Below are positions 8,685 through 16,987 of a DNA stretch of 64,000 bases, piece by piece. The DNA comes from an uncultured Alphaproteobacteria bacterium. GTDB lineage: Bacteria; Pseudomonadota; Alphaproteobacteria; Rhizobiales; Xanthobacteraceae. The stretch is from the NCBI GenBank assembly GCA_963712565.1, contig CAVQIP010000072.1, positions 245-64,244 on the forward strand, in the 5' to 3' direction. The number at the start of each line of letters is the position of its first letter. The stretch's first letter is position 1. The notes below the pieces were generated by a model. It was not told the origin of the DNA and did no database searches. It saw only the letters and a program-made list of their open reading frames with translations. The position numbers and the translations under genes were made by a program.

Positions 8685-8887
8685 ACTCGGTCGGCTCCCT
8701 CCCCCAGCCAAAGTCGGATGCATCCGACTTCGGCCAGCATTAAGTGCCGAACTCGGGTAAACCCGAGTTCGCGCGGGGGAGTGTTGGGGAGGGGGGTAGT
8801 CCGTTTGGCAATGTCGGTGCGTCAACTTCGCGACCCCCACCCCCAACCCCTCCCCACAAGGGGGAGGGGAGCGCACCGAGTGCGCGG
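8685..8887. repeat. Composite REP: a D/E-type element whose first hairpin loop contains a C-type hairpin pair
   Basis: The sequence reads ctccctccccc[..aagtcggatgcatccgactt..gaactcgggtaaacccgagttc..]gggggag, then ggggagggggg...cccccacccc, then cccctcccc-acaa-ggggagggg. Confidence 0.75.
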
Positions 8888-8917
8888 CCTGTTTCGGGAT
8901 CGATCAGGGAGAGGAAC

Positions 8918-9898
8918 ATGAAACGTTGTTGGTTGCCGGTTCTCGCCGGGCTCGCCGTCGGCCTGCTGGCCGCGCCGGCCGCGCGCGCGCAGGACTACCC
9001 GTCGCGACAGATCACCCTGATCGCGCCGTGGCCGGCGGGCGGCGCGGTCGATGCGATCTGTCGCGCCGTCGCGCCGCACCTGTCGGAGCGGCTGGGCAAG
9101 TCGGTGGTGGTCGAGAACCGGCCGGGCGCCGGCTCGGTGATCGGGACCGCCGCCGGCGCCAAGGCCTCGCCCGACGGCTACACCATGGTCATGGCCGGCA
9201 GCGGATCGCTCGCCATCAGCGCCACCATGTACAAGAAGCTGCCCTACGATCCGGTCAAGGATTTCATCCCGATCGCACTCGGCGGCAAGATTCCCTTCGT
9301 GCTCGTGGTCACTCCGTCGCTGCCGGTGCACTCGGTGGCGGAGCTGGTGACCTACGCCAAGGCCAATCCCGGCAAGCTGTCGTTCGCATCGGGCGGGCCC
9401 GGCTCGCCGCATCATCTCTACGGCGAGCTGCTCAAGAGCATGACCGGCATCGAGATGACCCACGTGCCCTACAAGGGCAGCGCGCCGGCGCTGACCGACG
9501 TGATCGCCGGCCACGTGCCGCTCCTGTTCTCCGACACCGTCCCCTCGCTGCCGCAGATCCGGGAAGGCAAGGTGCGGGCGCTCGGGGTATCGACCGCGGT
9601 CCGCGTTCCGTCGGCGCCCGACATCCCGACGATCGCCGAAGCCGGCGTCCCCGGCTTCGACGCCGCCGGCTGGGGCGTGTTCGCGGTGCCGGCCGGCACG
9701 CCGCCCGCGGTCGTCGGCAAGCTCAAGGCCGCGCTTCACGCCGTCCTGGCGCTGCCCGACGTGCAGCAGCAGATCATCAAGCTCGGCATGATCCCCGGCG
9801 GCGCCGAATCGCCGGAAGAGCTGCAGCGCTTCATCGCCGCCGAGATCGCGCGCTGGGGCAAGGTGGTGCAGCAGGCCGGGCTGGCCGGGACGGAGTAG
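8918..9898 (+). CDS. TctC/Bug family substrate-binding protein
   Basis: ATG 8918 (MKRCWLPVLAGLAVGLLAAPAARAQDYPSRQ) follows GGGAGAGG. Blocks WPAGGAVDAI, ENRPGAGS, SPDGYT and YKGSAPALTD are present. Confidence 0.9.
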   Translation: MKRCWLPVLAGLAVGLLAAPAARAQDYPSRQITLIAPWPAGGAVDAICRAVAPHLSERLGKSVVVENRPGAGSVIGTAAGAKASPDGYTMVMAGSGSLAISATMYKKLPYDPVKDFIPIALGGKIPFVLVVTPSLPVHSVAELVTYAKANPGKLSFASGGPGSPHHLYGELLKSMTGIEMTHVPYKGSAPALTDVIAGHVPLLFSDTVPSLPQIREGKVRALGVSTAVRVPSAPDIPTIAEAGVPGFDAAGWGVFAVPAGTPPAVVGKLKAALHAVLALPDVQQQIIKLGMIPGGAESPEELQRFIAAEIARWGKVVQQAGLAGTE

Positions 9899-9936
9899 CG
9901 CCGCACGCGCCGCTGACAACAAAGCGACGTGGGCAA

Positions 9937-10713
9937 TCACAAAAACCGCGTCGGCCACATCAGTGTGCGCCACATGTGCGACGACGGCGTGTTGTCGAGG
10001 CCCAGCCCCTCTTTCGGCTGCTTGAAGTGGCGGCCGACGATGTCGACGAAATCGTCGAGATTGACCTTGGCGTTGGGATCGAACGAGTAGATGTCGTTGA
10101 CGCAGATCAGCCGCGCGGTCATGTAGTGTTTGTGGTTGCGGGCGCGCTTGTATTCCTCGACGATGTAGGGCTCGGGCTTGTAGTCGGGGCCGAAATATTT
10201 GACGTACATGTCGGGATAGCCGTAGCCCACCGACTCGTCGGGGAAGAAGCGCAGCGCCTGGTGCACGCGCACCGCCCAGCTCACCTCCTCGTCGACATAG
10301 GGCTCGATCAGCTGCGCGCCCCAGTAGCCGTGGTCGCAGCGGATGAAGCCGACCACGCCGATGTCGTGCAGCAGGCACGCCAGCACCACCTTCTCGTCGA
10401 GGCCGGCCTTGAGCGCGTGGGTCGCGCTTTGCAGTAGGTGGTTCATCGAGGCGAAGCGCAGCTTGAAGAAGTCGATGAGCGTCGGCTTGTCCGGCATCGC
10501 CGGCAGCCGCGGATCGGCGCCCATGAGGAAATACTTGCCGGGGTTCTGCGCCTGCAGCGCGGCGCCGCCGACCATATCGGTCTTGCCGTCGGCCATATTG
10601 AACAGCACCGATTTGGTGGCGATCTTCTCGTTGAGCTCTTGCATCATGCGCTCTTCGAGCTCGTCGGCCTGCTCCGACAAGGTCAGCGGTTTCGATGCTG
10701 CCTGGGGTCCCAT
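9937..10713 (-). CDS. HD-domain metal-dependent protein (phosphohydrolase or PhnZ/MIOX-like; not resolvable by eye)
   Basis: The H...HD signature is HLLQSATHALKAGLDEKVVLACLLHDIG, with further His residues downstream. AGGAG SD lies 7 nt before the ATG at 10713. It is the only minus-strand gene inside the + strand ABC/Bug block. Confidence 0.7.
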   Translation of the reverse strand: MGPQAASKPLTLSEQADELEERMMQELNEKIATKSVLFNMADGKTDMVGGAALQAQNPGKYFLMGADPRLPAMPDKPTLIDFFKLRFASMNHLLQSATHALKAGLDEKVVLACLLHDIGVVGFIRCDHGYWGAQLIEPYVDEEVSWAVRVHQALRFFPDESVGYGYPDMYVKYFGPDYKPEPYIVEEYKRARNHKHYMTARLICVNDIYSFDPNAKVNLDDFVDIVGRHFKQPKEGLGLDNTPSSHMWRTLMWPTRFL

Positions 10714-10833
10714 TGCAATGCTCCTGGCCCTTGCGGCGAATTGTCCGCCCTGCTTCGCGCCTGTCTACACGGAATTTGCCCCGGGCGAAACCGACCCCGA
10801 TCGACGTTCTAGCCACAAACGGGCATACCATCT

Positions 10834-11604
10834 ATGAGAACTGCGATGCCTCACATCGAAGTGTCCAACGTCTCGCTCACCTATGACACGCCCTCCGGCC
10901 AGGTCCCGGGCGTCGAGAACGTCAGCTTCGCCATCGAGGCCTCGGAATTCCTCTGCATCGTCGGCCCCTCGGGCTGCGGCAAGTCGACCCTGCTCAACAT
11001 CATCGCGGGCTTTCTCGTCCCCACCGCCGGGGAGATCCGCATCGGCGGCAAGGCGGTCACCGGCCACGGCCTCGACCGCGGCGTGGTGTTTCAGGACTTC
11101 GCCCAGCTGTTTCCGTGGCGCACGGCGCTCGGCAACGTGACCTTCGGCCTGGAGATGAAGGGGATCGGCAAGGCCGAGCGCGAGCAGATCGCGCTCAACC
11201 AGCTCAGGCTGGTGAAGCTCGAGAAATTCGTGCGCTCGTATCCGCACCATCTGTCCGGCGGGATGCAGCAGCGGGTCGCCATCGCGCGCGCGCTCGCGTA
11301 CAATCCGTCCGTGCTGCTGATGGACGAGCCATTCGCGGCGCTCGACGCGCTCACCCGTGACGACATGCAGCGGCTCCTCGCGGACGTCTGGCAGGAGACG
11401 CGCAAGACCGTGGTCTACGTGACCCACAACGTGGCCGAGGCGGTGTACCTCGCGGATCGGGTCGTGGTCATGACGCCGCATCCCGGAATGGTGAAGGTCG
11501 AGGTGCCCATTCGCCTCACCCGGCCGCGCGATCCGCTCAGCGTCGAGTTTTTGGACTATCAGAAATCGCTGCTGCGCCATCTCGGCCAGGGTGTGACTCA
11601 ATGA
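10834..11604 (+). CDS. ABC transporter ATP-binding protein, NitT/TauT (SsuB/TauB-like) family
   Basis: Walker [10 protein letters not shown], signature [15 protein letters not shown], Walker [12 protein letters not shown] and H-loop VTHN are present. Confidence 0.9.
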   Translation: MRTAMPHIEVSNVSLTYDTPSGQVPGVENVSFAIEASEFLCIVGPSGCGKSTLLNIIAGFLVPTAGEIRIGGKAVTGHGLDRGVVFQDFAQLFPWRTALGNVTFGLEMKGIGKAEREQIALNQLRLVKLEKFVRSYPHHLSGGMQQRVAIARALAYNPSVLLMDEPFAALDALTRDDMQRLLADVWQETRKTVVYVTHNVAEAVYLADRVVVMTPHPGMVKVEVPIRLTRPRDPLSVEFLDYQKSLLRHLGQGVTQ

Positions 11605-12737
11605 ACGTCATGACGTGGATTTCGGCGAAGTGGGATCAGGCAAGCCGCAAGCTCGGTGCGCGCCCTCCCCCGCTTGCGGGGGAGGGGTGGGGAGGGGGTG
11701 GCCTTGGGCGAATCTTCGTGTGTGCCCCCACCCTGTCCCTCCCCCGCAAGCGGGGGAGGGGACGATGTGGCACCGGCCCTCTGAAGACCAAACTCTGCGC
11801 GCTTGCACTGCTCGCGCTCGTCGGCGCGGCGCACGCCCAGGAACCTTATCCGACCCGCCCGGTGCGGCTGGTGGTCGGCTTCGGCGCCGGCGGCCCGACC
11901 GATATTCCGGCGCGCTTCGTCGCCGACAAGCTCGGCGAGGCGCTCGGCCAGCGCGTGGTGGTGGAGAACAAGCCGGCCGCCGCCGGGATGATCGCGACCC
12001 GGGACGTGCTGGCGCAGCCGCGCGACGGCTACACCTTGCTGCTCTGCACCCATTTCGAGGCGATCAACACCGCGGTCTACAAGAACGCGCAGTTCAAGCT
12101 CAGCGACCTCGCGCCGATCTCGCTCATCGCCAAATACTATTACGGCCTCGCGCTCGCGAACGCGATTCCAGCCGCGGACTTCGACGCCTTCGTGCACTAC
12201 GCCAAGGCGCATCCCGGCGAGGTGACCTACGCCACCATCGGCGCCGGCTCGGCGCAGGAAATCCTGGCGCGCCAGCTCGAGAAGCTCACCGGCATCAGCA
12301 TGAACCGGATTCCGTTCCGCGGCGGGCCGCAGGTGGTGCAGGAGCTCATCGCCGGCCGCGTCCACTTCTACGTCTCGCCGACCCTGGCGATCGTCCCGCA
12401 GTACCAGGCCAAGCAGCTCAAGATCCTGGCGGTGTCGGCGCCCGCGCGGCTGAACAATCTCGACGAGATTCCGACGCTGCGGGAGAAGGGTGTCGATTTC
12501 GTGCGCTTCGGCTGGCTCGGCATCTGCGCCGGCGCCGGCACGCCGCAGCCGGTCGTCGACCTGCTGCAGCGCCAGATCGCGACCATCGTCGGCACTCCCG
12601 AATACCGCGCGATGATCGAGAAGGCCGGTTCCATCGCGGTGGCGTCGACGCCGGCGGAGCTGCGGCAAGTGATCACGCAGACTTCCGACGACGTTTCCGC
12701 CAGCATCCGTGAATTCGGCATGCAGCAGGAGCAATGA
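11601..12737 (+). CDS. TctC/Bug family substrate-binding protein (start codon uncertain; a REP lies in the 5' region)
   Basis: The mature domain runs from about 11838 (QEPYPTRPVRLVVGFGAGGPTD, ENKPAAAG, PRDGYT). ATG 11601 overlaps the upstream stop (ATGA), but codons 17-58 are a D-type REP. In-frame alternatives are GTG 11718 and CTG 11781. Confidence 0.75.
   Translation: MNVMTWISAKWDQASRKLGARPPPLAGEGWGGGGLGRIFVCAPTLSLPRKRGRGRCGTGPLKTKLCALALLALVGAAHAQEPYPTRPVRLVVGFGAGGPTDIPARFVADKLGEALGQRVVVENKPAAAGMIATRDVLAQPRDGYTLLLCTHFEAINTAVYKNAQFKLSDLAPISLIAKYYYGLALANAIPAADFDAFVHYAKAHPGEVTYATIGAGSAQEILARQLEKLTGISMNRIPFRGGPQVVQELIAGRVHFYVSPTLAIVPQYQAKQLKILAVSAPARLNNLDEIPTLREKGVDFVRFGWLGICAGAGTPQPVVDLLQRQIATIVGTPEYRAMIEKAGSIAVASTPAELRQVITQTSDDVSASIREFGMQQEQ
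11651..11775. repeat. REP-like element, D-type (ccctcccccgc-ttgc-gggggaggg ... ccctcccccgc-aagc-gggggaggg)
   Basis: Read directly. Sister copies lie at 13821-13956 and 15541-15688. Confidence 0.85.
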
Positions 12738-12789
12738 TGCAACCGATCGGCGACGCCTTCGATCGGACAGCTTTAGGGAGGACGGTGCG

Positions 12790-13779
12790 ATGAACAATAC
12801 GCGCGTTGCAATCACACGACGGCAGTATCTCGCGGCCAGCGCCGGCGTGCTGGCGGCGGGTCTCGGCGCGGCACGGCCGGCATTCGCGCTGGAGACCGTG
12901 CGCCAGGGCTACCAGACCAACATCTGGGGCATGCCGACCTATTATCTGCTCAAGTCCGGCCTGCTCGAGAAGCACGGCATCAAGTTCGAGGAATTCGCCG
13001 TGCCGTCCGGCAACCTCACCATGCAGCAGATGGTGGCGCGCCAGGTCGATCTCGGCACCTATGCCGGGCCGTCCTTCATCATCGGCCACGACAAGGGCGG
13101 CCTGGTCGCGATCGCGCAGATCGAATATGTCGGCAAGACCGCGCAGATCGTGACGCGCAAGGACCTCAACCTCACCAAGGTCGAAGACCTCAAGGGGCGC
13201 AAGGTCGCCAACCAGACCGGCTCCTCCGTCGGCAACATCTTCGTCGACGTCGTCGCCGCCAAGGCCGGCCTCAAGAAGGGCGACTTCCAGGAGGTGCGGA
13301 TGGACGTCAACAACATGGTCGCCGCCATGGCGGCCAAGACCGTGGACGCCATGGTCAACGTCGAGCCCTACAACGCGATCGCGGTCGCCGAGGGCATCGG
13401 CACCTCGATCATGGATTTTTCCGGCGTCGACCGGATGCCGGTGTTCATGGCGGCCACGCCCGATTTCGTCGACAAGAACCCCGACACCGTCATCGCCTAT
13501 CTCAAGGCCTGGAAGGACGCGGCGCAGGACTTCAAGAACAATCCCGCCAAGGTCGCCGACGTGATCTACGCCTTCTTCACCTCGAAGGGCTACAACATGT
13601 CGCGGGACACTTTCGCCAAGGCGCTCGCGCGCGTCGAGGTGGCTCCCGGCTTCCCGTCCGATCTGGTGCCGGGCCTGCAGCGCGACGCCGAGGTGCTGCT
13701 GCGCGAGAAGAAAATCTCCGCCGTCCCGGACTGGAAGAAGGCGCTGCGCCCCGACCTGTGGGCGAAGGCGAACGGGTAG
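12790..13779 (+). CDS. ABC transporter substrate-binding protein, NMT1/THI5 (SsuA/TauA-like) family with Tat signal
   Basis: ATG 12790 follows AGGGAGG. The twin-arginine signal is TRRQYLAASAGVLAAGLGAARPAFA. The periplasmic binding fold is of the type paired with NitT/TauT permeases. Confidence 0.85.
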   Translation: MNNTRVAITRRQYLAASAGVLAAGLGAARPAFALETVRQGYQTNIWGMPTYYLLKSGLLEKHGIKFEEFAVPSGNLTMQQMVARQVDLGTYAGPSFIIGHDKGGLVAIAQIEYVGKTAQIVTRKDLNLTKVEDLKGRKVANQTGSSVGNIFVDVVAAKAGLKKGDFQEVRMDVNNMVAAMAAKTVDAMVNVEPYNAIAVAEGIGTSIMDFSGVDRMPVFMAATPDFVDKNPDTVIAYLKAWKDAAQDFKNNPAKVADVIYAFFTSKGYNMSRDTFAKALARVEVAPGFPSDLVPGLQRDAEVLLREKKISAVPDWKKALRPDLWAKANG

Positions 13780-13820
13780 CGCGATCAGTCCTGGAATCGT
13801 CGGTCTGGCCGCAGCCACGG

Positions 13821-13956
13821 CTGAGCGGCTCTTGCGTCCCCTCCCCCGCTTGCGGGGGAGGGCTAGGGTGGGGGCACGCAGTACGATCGCGCGATGCGCC
13901 CCCTCCGCCATCCCTCCCCCGCAAGCGGGGGAGGGAGCAGACCAAGTTCGCTGCAC
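13821..13956. repeat. REP-like element, D-type
   Basis: It reads cccctcccccgcttgcgggggaggg ... tccctcccccgcaagcgggggaggga, with the ggtgggggc/gccccctcc central stem. Confidence 0.85.
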
Positions 13957-14076
13957 TGGTGATGCTCGCCTCCAAGACTGGTTTGGCATCGCCATTCCAT
14001 CTCTCGCTTGAGCATCTCGCCCTGCGCGCGGAAACGCGCTAAAGCTGCGCCCGCATTTTTGGGCATGGAGAGTGGA

Positions 14077-15429
14077 ATGAAGGTCGCAAGGAAGAAGGTC
14101 GCGAAGAAAACTGCGAACAAGGCCGCCGGCAAAAAGCCGACGAAGAAGGCGGCGGCGAAGAAGCCCGCAGCGAGGAAAATGAGCAGGCCCGCCACCGTCC
14201 GCAGCGCCGCGCCGCGCGGCAACGGCGGACCCGTGACCTGGAATTTCAAGCTCATCGCCCACCACCTGCTCGACGGCTTCGGCGGCATGGGCGAAGGCAT
14301 GTCGATCCAGATCGCGCCCGACGGCCGCCGCATCCTGTGGCTGGCGCACGAGAGCGCGCCGAAGAATTTCACCGCCGTCGACGTCTCCGATCCGCGCAAG
14401 CCCAAGGTGGTGGTGCAGACCGACCTGCCGCAGGCGCACATGCGCTCGAATTCGCTCGAGACCTGCGGGAACATCATGGCGGTGGCCTACCAGACCCAGA
14501 AGAAGGGCCTGCAGCCCGCCGGCATGGAGCTGTTCGACATTTCGGTGCCGGAGAAGCCGCGCTCGATCTCGTTCTTCGACTGCTCGGGCGCGACCTCGCG
14601 CGGCGTGCACCAGCTCTGGTTCTGCGACGGCGAATACGTCCACTGCGCCTCCGGCGCGCCCGACTTCTTGCCGACGCATCCCTCGGACGACCAGTTCTAC
14701 CGCTGCATCGACGTGCGCAATCCGTCGAAACCGGTCGAGGTCGGGCGCTGGTGGATGCCGGGCACCCGCCAAGGCGACAACGTGATGCCGCCGCCGCGCC
14801 ACCCGCTCGACAAGGGCCACCGCGCCCACAACACCAACGTCTATCCGCAGCGACCCGACCGGCTCTACCTCGCCTATATCGACGGCGGCATGTTCATCCT
14901 CGACATTTCCGACAAGGCCAATCCCAAGCGCGTCTCGCAGTGGACCAATTCGCCGCCCTATACCGGCTTCATGCACACGGTGGTGCCGCTGTTCGAGCGC
15001 GGGCTGATGCTGGTGACCGACGAGTCGACCGAGAACAACGCCAAGGACTGGCCCAAGCTGATCTGGGTTCTCGACGCGCGCGAGGAAACCAACCTGGTGC
15101 CGATCGCGACCTGCCCGCTGCCGGATCACCAGGCCTTCGCCGCCCGCGGCCGCTTCGGCGCCCACAACATCCACGAGAACGTGCCGCTGCCGACCTGCTG
15201 GCACTCCGACCAGATCGTGCTCGGCACCTTCTTCAACGGCGGCTTGCGCGCCTACGACATCTCCAACCCGTACCAGCCGCAGCAGGTCGGCGTGTTCGTG
15301 CCGCCGGCGCCGCCGATGGCGCCCACCGGCACCATCCAGCTCAACGACGTGTTCGTCGACGAGCGCGAGATCGTCTACACCGTCGACCGCCACGTCGGCG
15401 GCCTCTACATCCTGGAGATGGATTTTTGA
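14077..15429 (+). CDS. LVIVD-type beta-propeller protein with N-terminal Lys/Ala-rich (histone H1-like) tail
   Basis: ATG 14077 follows GGAGAG (alternative ATG 14065). Repeated x-hydrophobic-D-[IV]-S-x-P-x-x-P blade motifs occur (VDVSDPRKPKVV, FDISVPEKP, IDVRNPSKP, LDISDKANP, YDISNPYQP). It is paralogous to 43316..44644. Confidence 0.75.
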   Translation: MKVARKKVAKKTANKAAGKKPTKKAAAKKPAARKMSRPATVRSAAPRGNGGPVTWNFKLIAHHLLDGFGGMGEGMSIQIAPDGRRILWLAHESAPKNFTAVDVSDPRKPKVVVQTDLPQAHMRSNSLETCGNIMAVAYQTQKKGLQPAGMELFDISVPEKPRSISFFDCSGATSRGVHQLWFCDGEYVHCASGAPDFLPTHPSDDQFYRCIDVRNPSKPVEVGRWWMPGTRQGDNVMPPPRHPLDKGHRAHNTNVYPQRPDRLYLAYIDGGMFILDISDKANPKRVSQWTNSPPYTGFMHTVVPLFERGLMLVTDESTENNAKDWPKLIWVLDAREETNLVPIATCPLPDHQAFAARGRFGAHNIHENVPLPTCWHSDQIVLGTFFNGGLRAYDISNPYQPQQVGVFVPPAPPMAPTGTIQLNDVFVDEREIVYTVDRHVGGLYILEMDF

Positions 15430-15540
15430 CGGGGCTGTCGTGTCCCGGGCGCAGCGCAGCGTAAAGCGAAGCGCGGAACTATGTTACGAAGCCTGCGCGA
15501 CCTTGATAGCGCTGCACACAGGAGCACGATGGCCAGAGCC

Positions 15541-15688
15541 ACATCGTCCCCTCCCCCGCTTGCGGGGGAGGGACAGGGTGGGGGCAGGCAACAAGACTTG
15601 CGCCATAGTGCTCCGCAAGGGCTGCGCCATCATTCCCCCTCCCCACCCCTCCCCCGCAAGCGGGGGAGGGAGCACACCGAATTTGCGG
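15541..15688. repeat. REP-like element, D-type (longer central spacer)
   Basis: It reads cccctcccccgcttgcgggggaggg ... cctcccccgcaagcgggggagg, read directly. Confidence 0.85.
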
Positions 15689-15727
15689 CTCGTGCTGATT
15701 CCGCTTCGGCGGACTAGGCTATAGCGC

Positions 15728-16773
15728 ATGCTCGATCTCTTTCCCTCCCGCGAGGCCGGCCGGTTCGGGCGCCGGCTCAAGCGCGCGCGCGGCGCGCGCA
15801 TCCCGGTGACCGTCGTCACCGGCTTCCTCGGCGCCGGCAAGACCACGCTGGTGCGCCGCTTCCTTACGACACCGGAAGGCGCCGGCACCGCCGTCGTCAT
15901 CAACGAGTTCGGCAGCGTCGGCATCGACGACGCGCTGATGCGCGGATCGAGCGACGAGGTGACGCTGCTCGGCAACGGCTGCCTGTGCTGCAACACCCGC
16001 TCCGACCTGCAGATCGCGCTGCGCAACCTCGTCGCCGAGCGCGCGCAGGGCACCGTGCCGCAGTTCGCCCGCATCCTGATCGAAACGAGCGGGCTCGCCG
16101 ATCCCGGCCCGATCCTGCAGACCTTCGCCACCGATCGCGCGCTCGGCGGCGAATTCCACGTCGAGGTGGTGGTCGCCGTGATCGACGCCATGAGCGGGCT
16201 CGACACGCTCGACTGGTCGGCGGAGGCGCGCAAGCAAATCATCCTCGCCGACCGGCTGGTGGTGTCGAAGACCGATCTCGCCAAGCGGCCGGCGGTCGCG
16301 CGCCTGACCGCGCGCCTGCGCGAGCTCAATCCGCGCGCCGCGCTGCACACCGCGGTCGACGGCGAGCTCGACCCGCGCTGCCTCATCGAGGCGGACGCGA
16401 CGCAAGATGCGCGCGCGACGCGGGCATGCCGGCTTCGTGGCCGAGGCCGAGCACAGCGACGGCATCCTGAGCTTCGTCCTCACCGACGACGCGCCGCTCT
16501 CCTGGGAGGTCTTTGCCCGCAGCATGGAGACGCTTGATCGCGCTGCGCGGCCCCGACCTCCTGCGCGTGAAAGGCTTTCTCAACGTCGCCGGCTGCCGCG
16601 GGCCGGTGGTGGTGCACGTGGTCCAGCACCTCGCCCATCCGCCGGTCGAGCTCGCGGCCTGGCCGGACGCCGACCGCGCCAGCCGGCTCGTCTTCATCAC
16701 CCGCAACATTCCGGAGCGCCAGGTGCGCGATCTGTTGAGCGCGGTGCGGGCGTTGGGGAGCGGCTGCGGTTAG
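15728..16773 (+). pseudogene. COG0523/CobW-type G3E P-loop GTPase (metallochaperone family) disrupted by two +1 frameshifts
   Basis: The GTPase domain is in the frame of 15728 (GFLGAGKTT, GCLCC, ETSGLADP, SKTDL). The linker and GILSF block are in the frame of 16407. The C-terminal domain (LLRVKGFLNV...VVHVVQH) is in the frame of 16513. The shifts lie near 16400-16425 and 16531-16538. Confidence 0.7.
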
Positions 16774-16987
16774 TCTAGCGAGCAACGACGCGTTTGCTGC
16801 GCGTGCCCGGCTCGAGCGGCGCAGAGCGCGCTGCCGTTGTCGGTCAGCGGCGTGCCGCGAACCTCGCGGCCGTCGTCAATCCGCCAAAGCTCCGTTCCGC
16901 AAATGCTCGAAAGGAGCTATCCTTCCGCCGTCGATCTTGGCTGCGACCTCGCGCGTGACGAGGTGAGCCAAACAGGAGGAGGACGAG

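Noticed and set aside
8577-8876. ORFs contained in REP clusters: 8577..8876, 13577..13975, 13758..14042, 15440..15724, 15481..15717, 17440..17868, 28804..29080 and 5151..5342
   Set aside because: Their sequences (PLAGEGWGGG, SPLPIWGEGWGEG, SGKPEFR, PRKRGRG) are simply translations of the palindromic repeat modules and recur wherever the repeat recurs. They lack SDs and have no coding periodicity.
12673-15393. Very long antisense ORFs: 906 aa here, and also 8822..10831 (669 aa), 18504..20795 (763 aa), 26404..28734 (776 aa), 22921..23835, 23907..25223 and many others in the track
   Set aside because: Their products are Arg/Ala/Gly/Asp/His-rich low-complexity sequence with no recognisable domain. 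They lie exactly opposite genes with clear family signatures. Long stop-free shadow frames are expected in GC-rich DNA.
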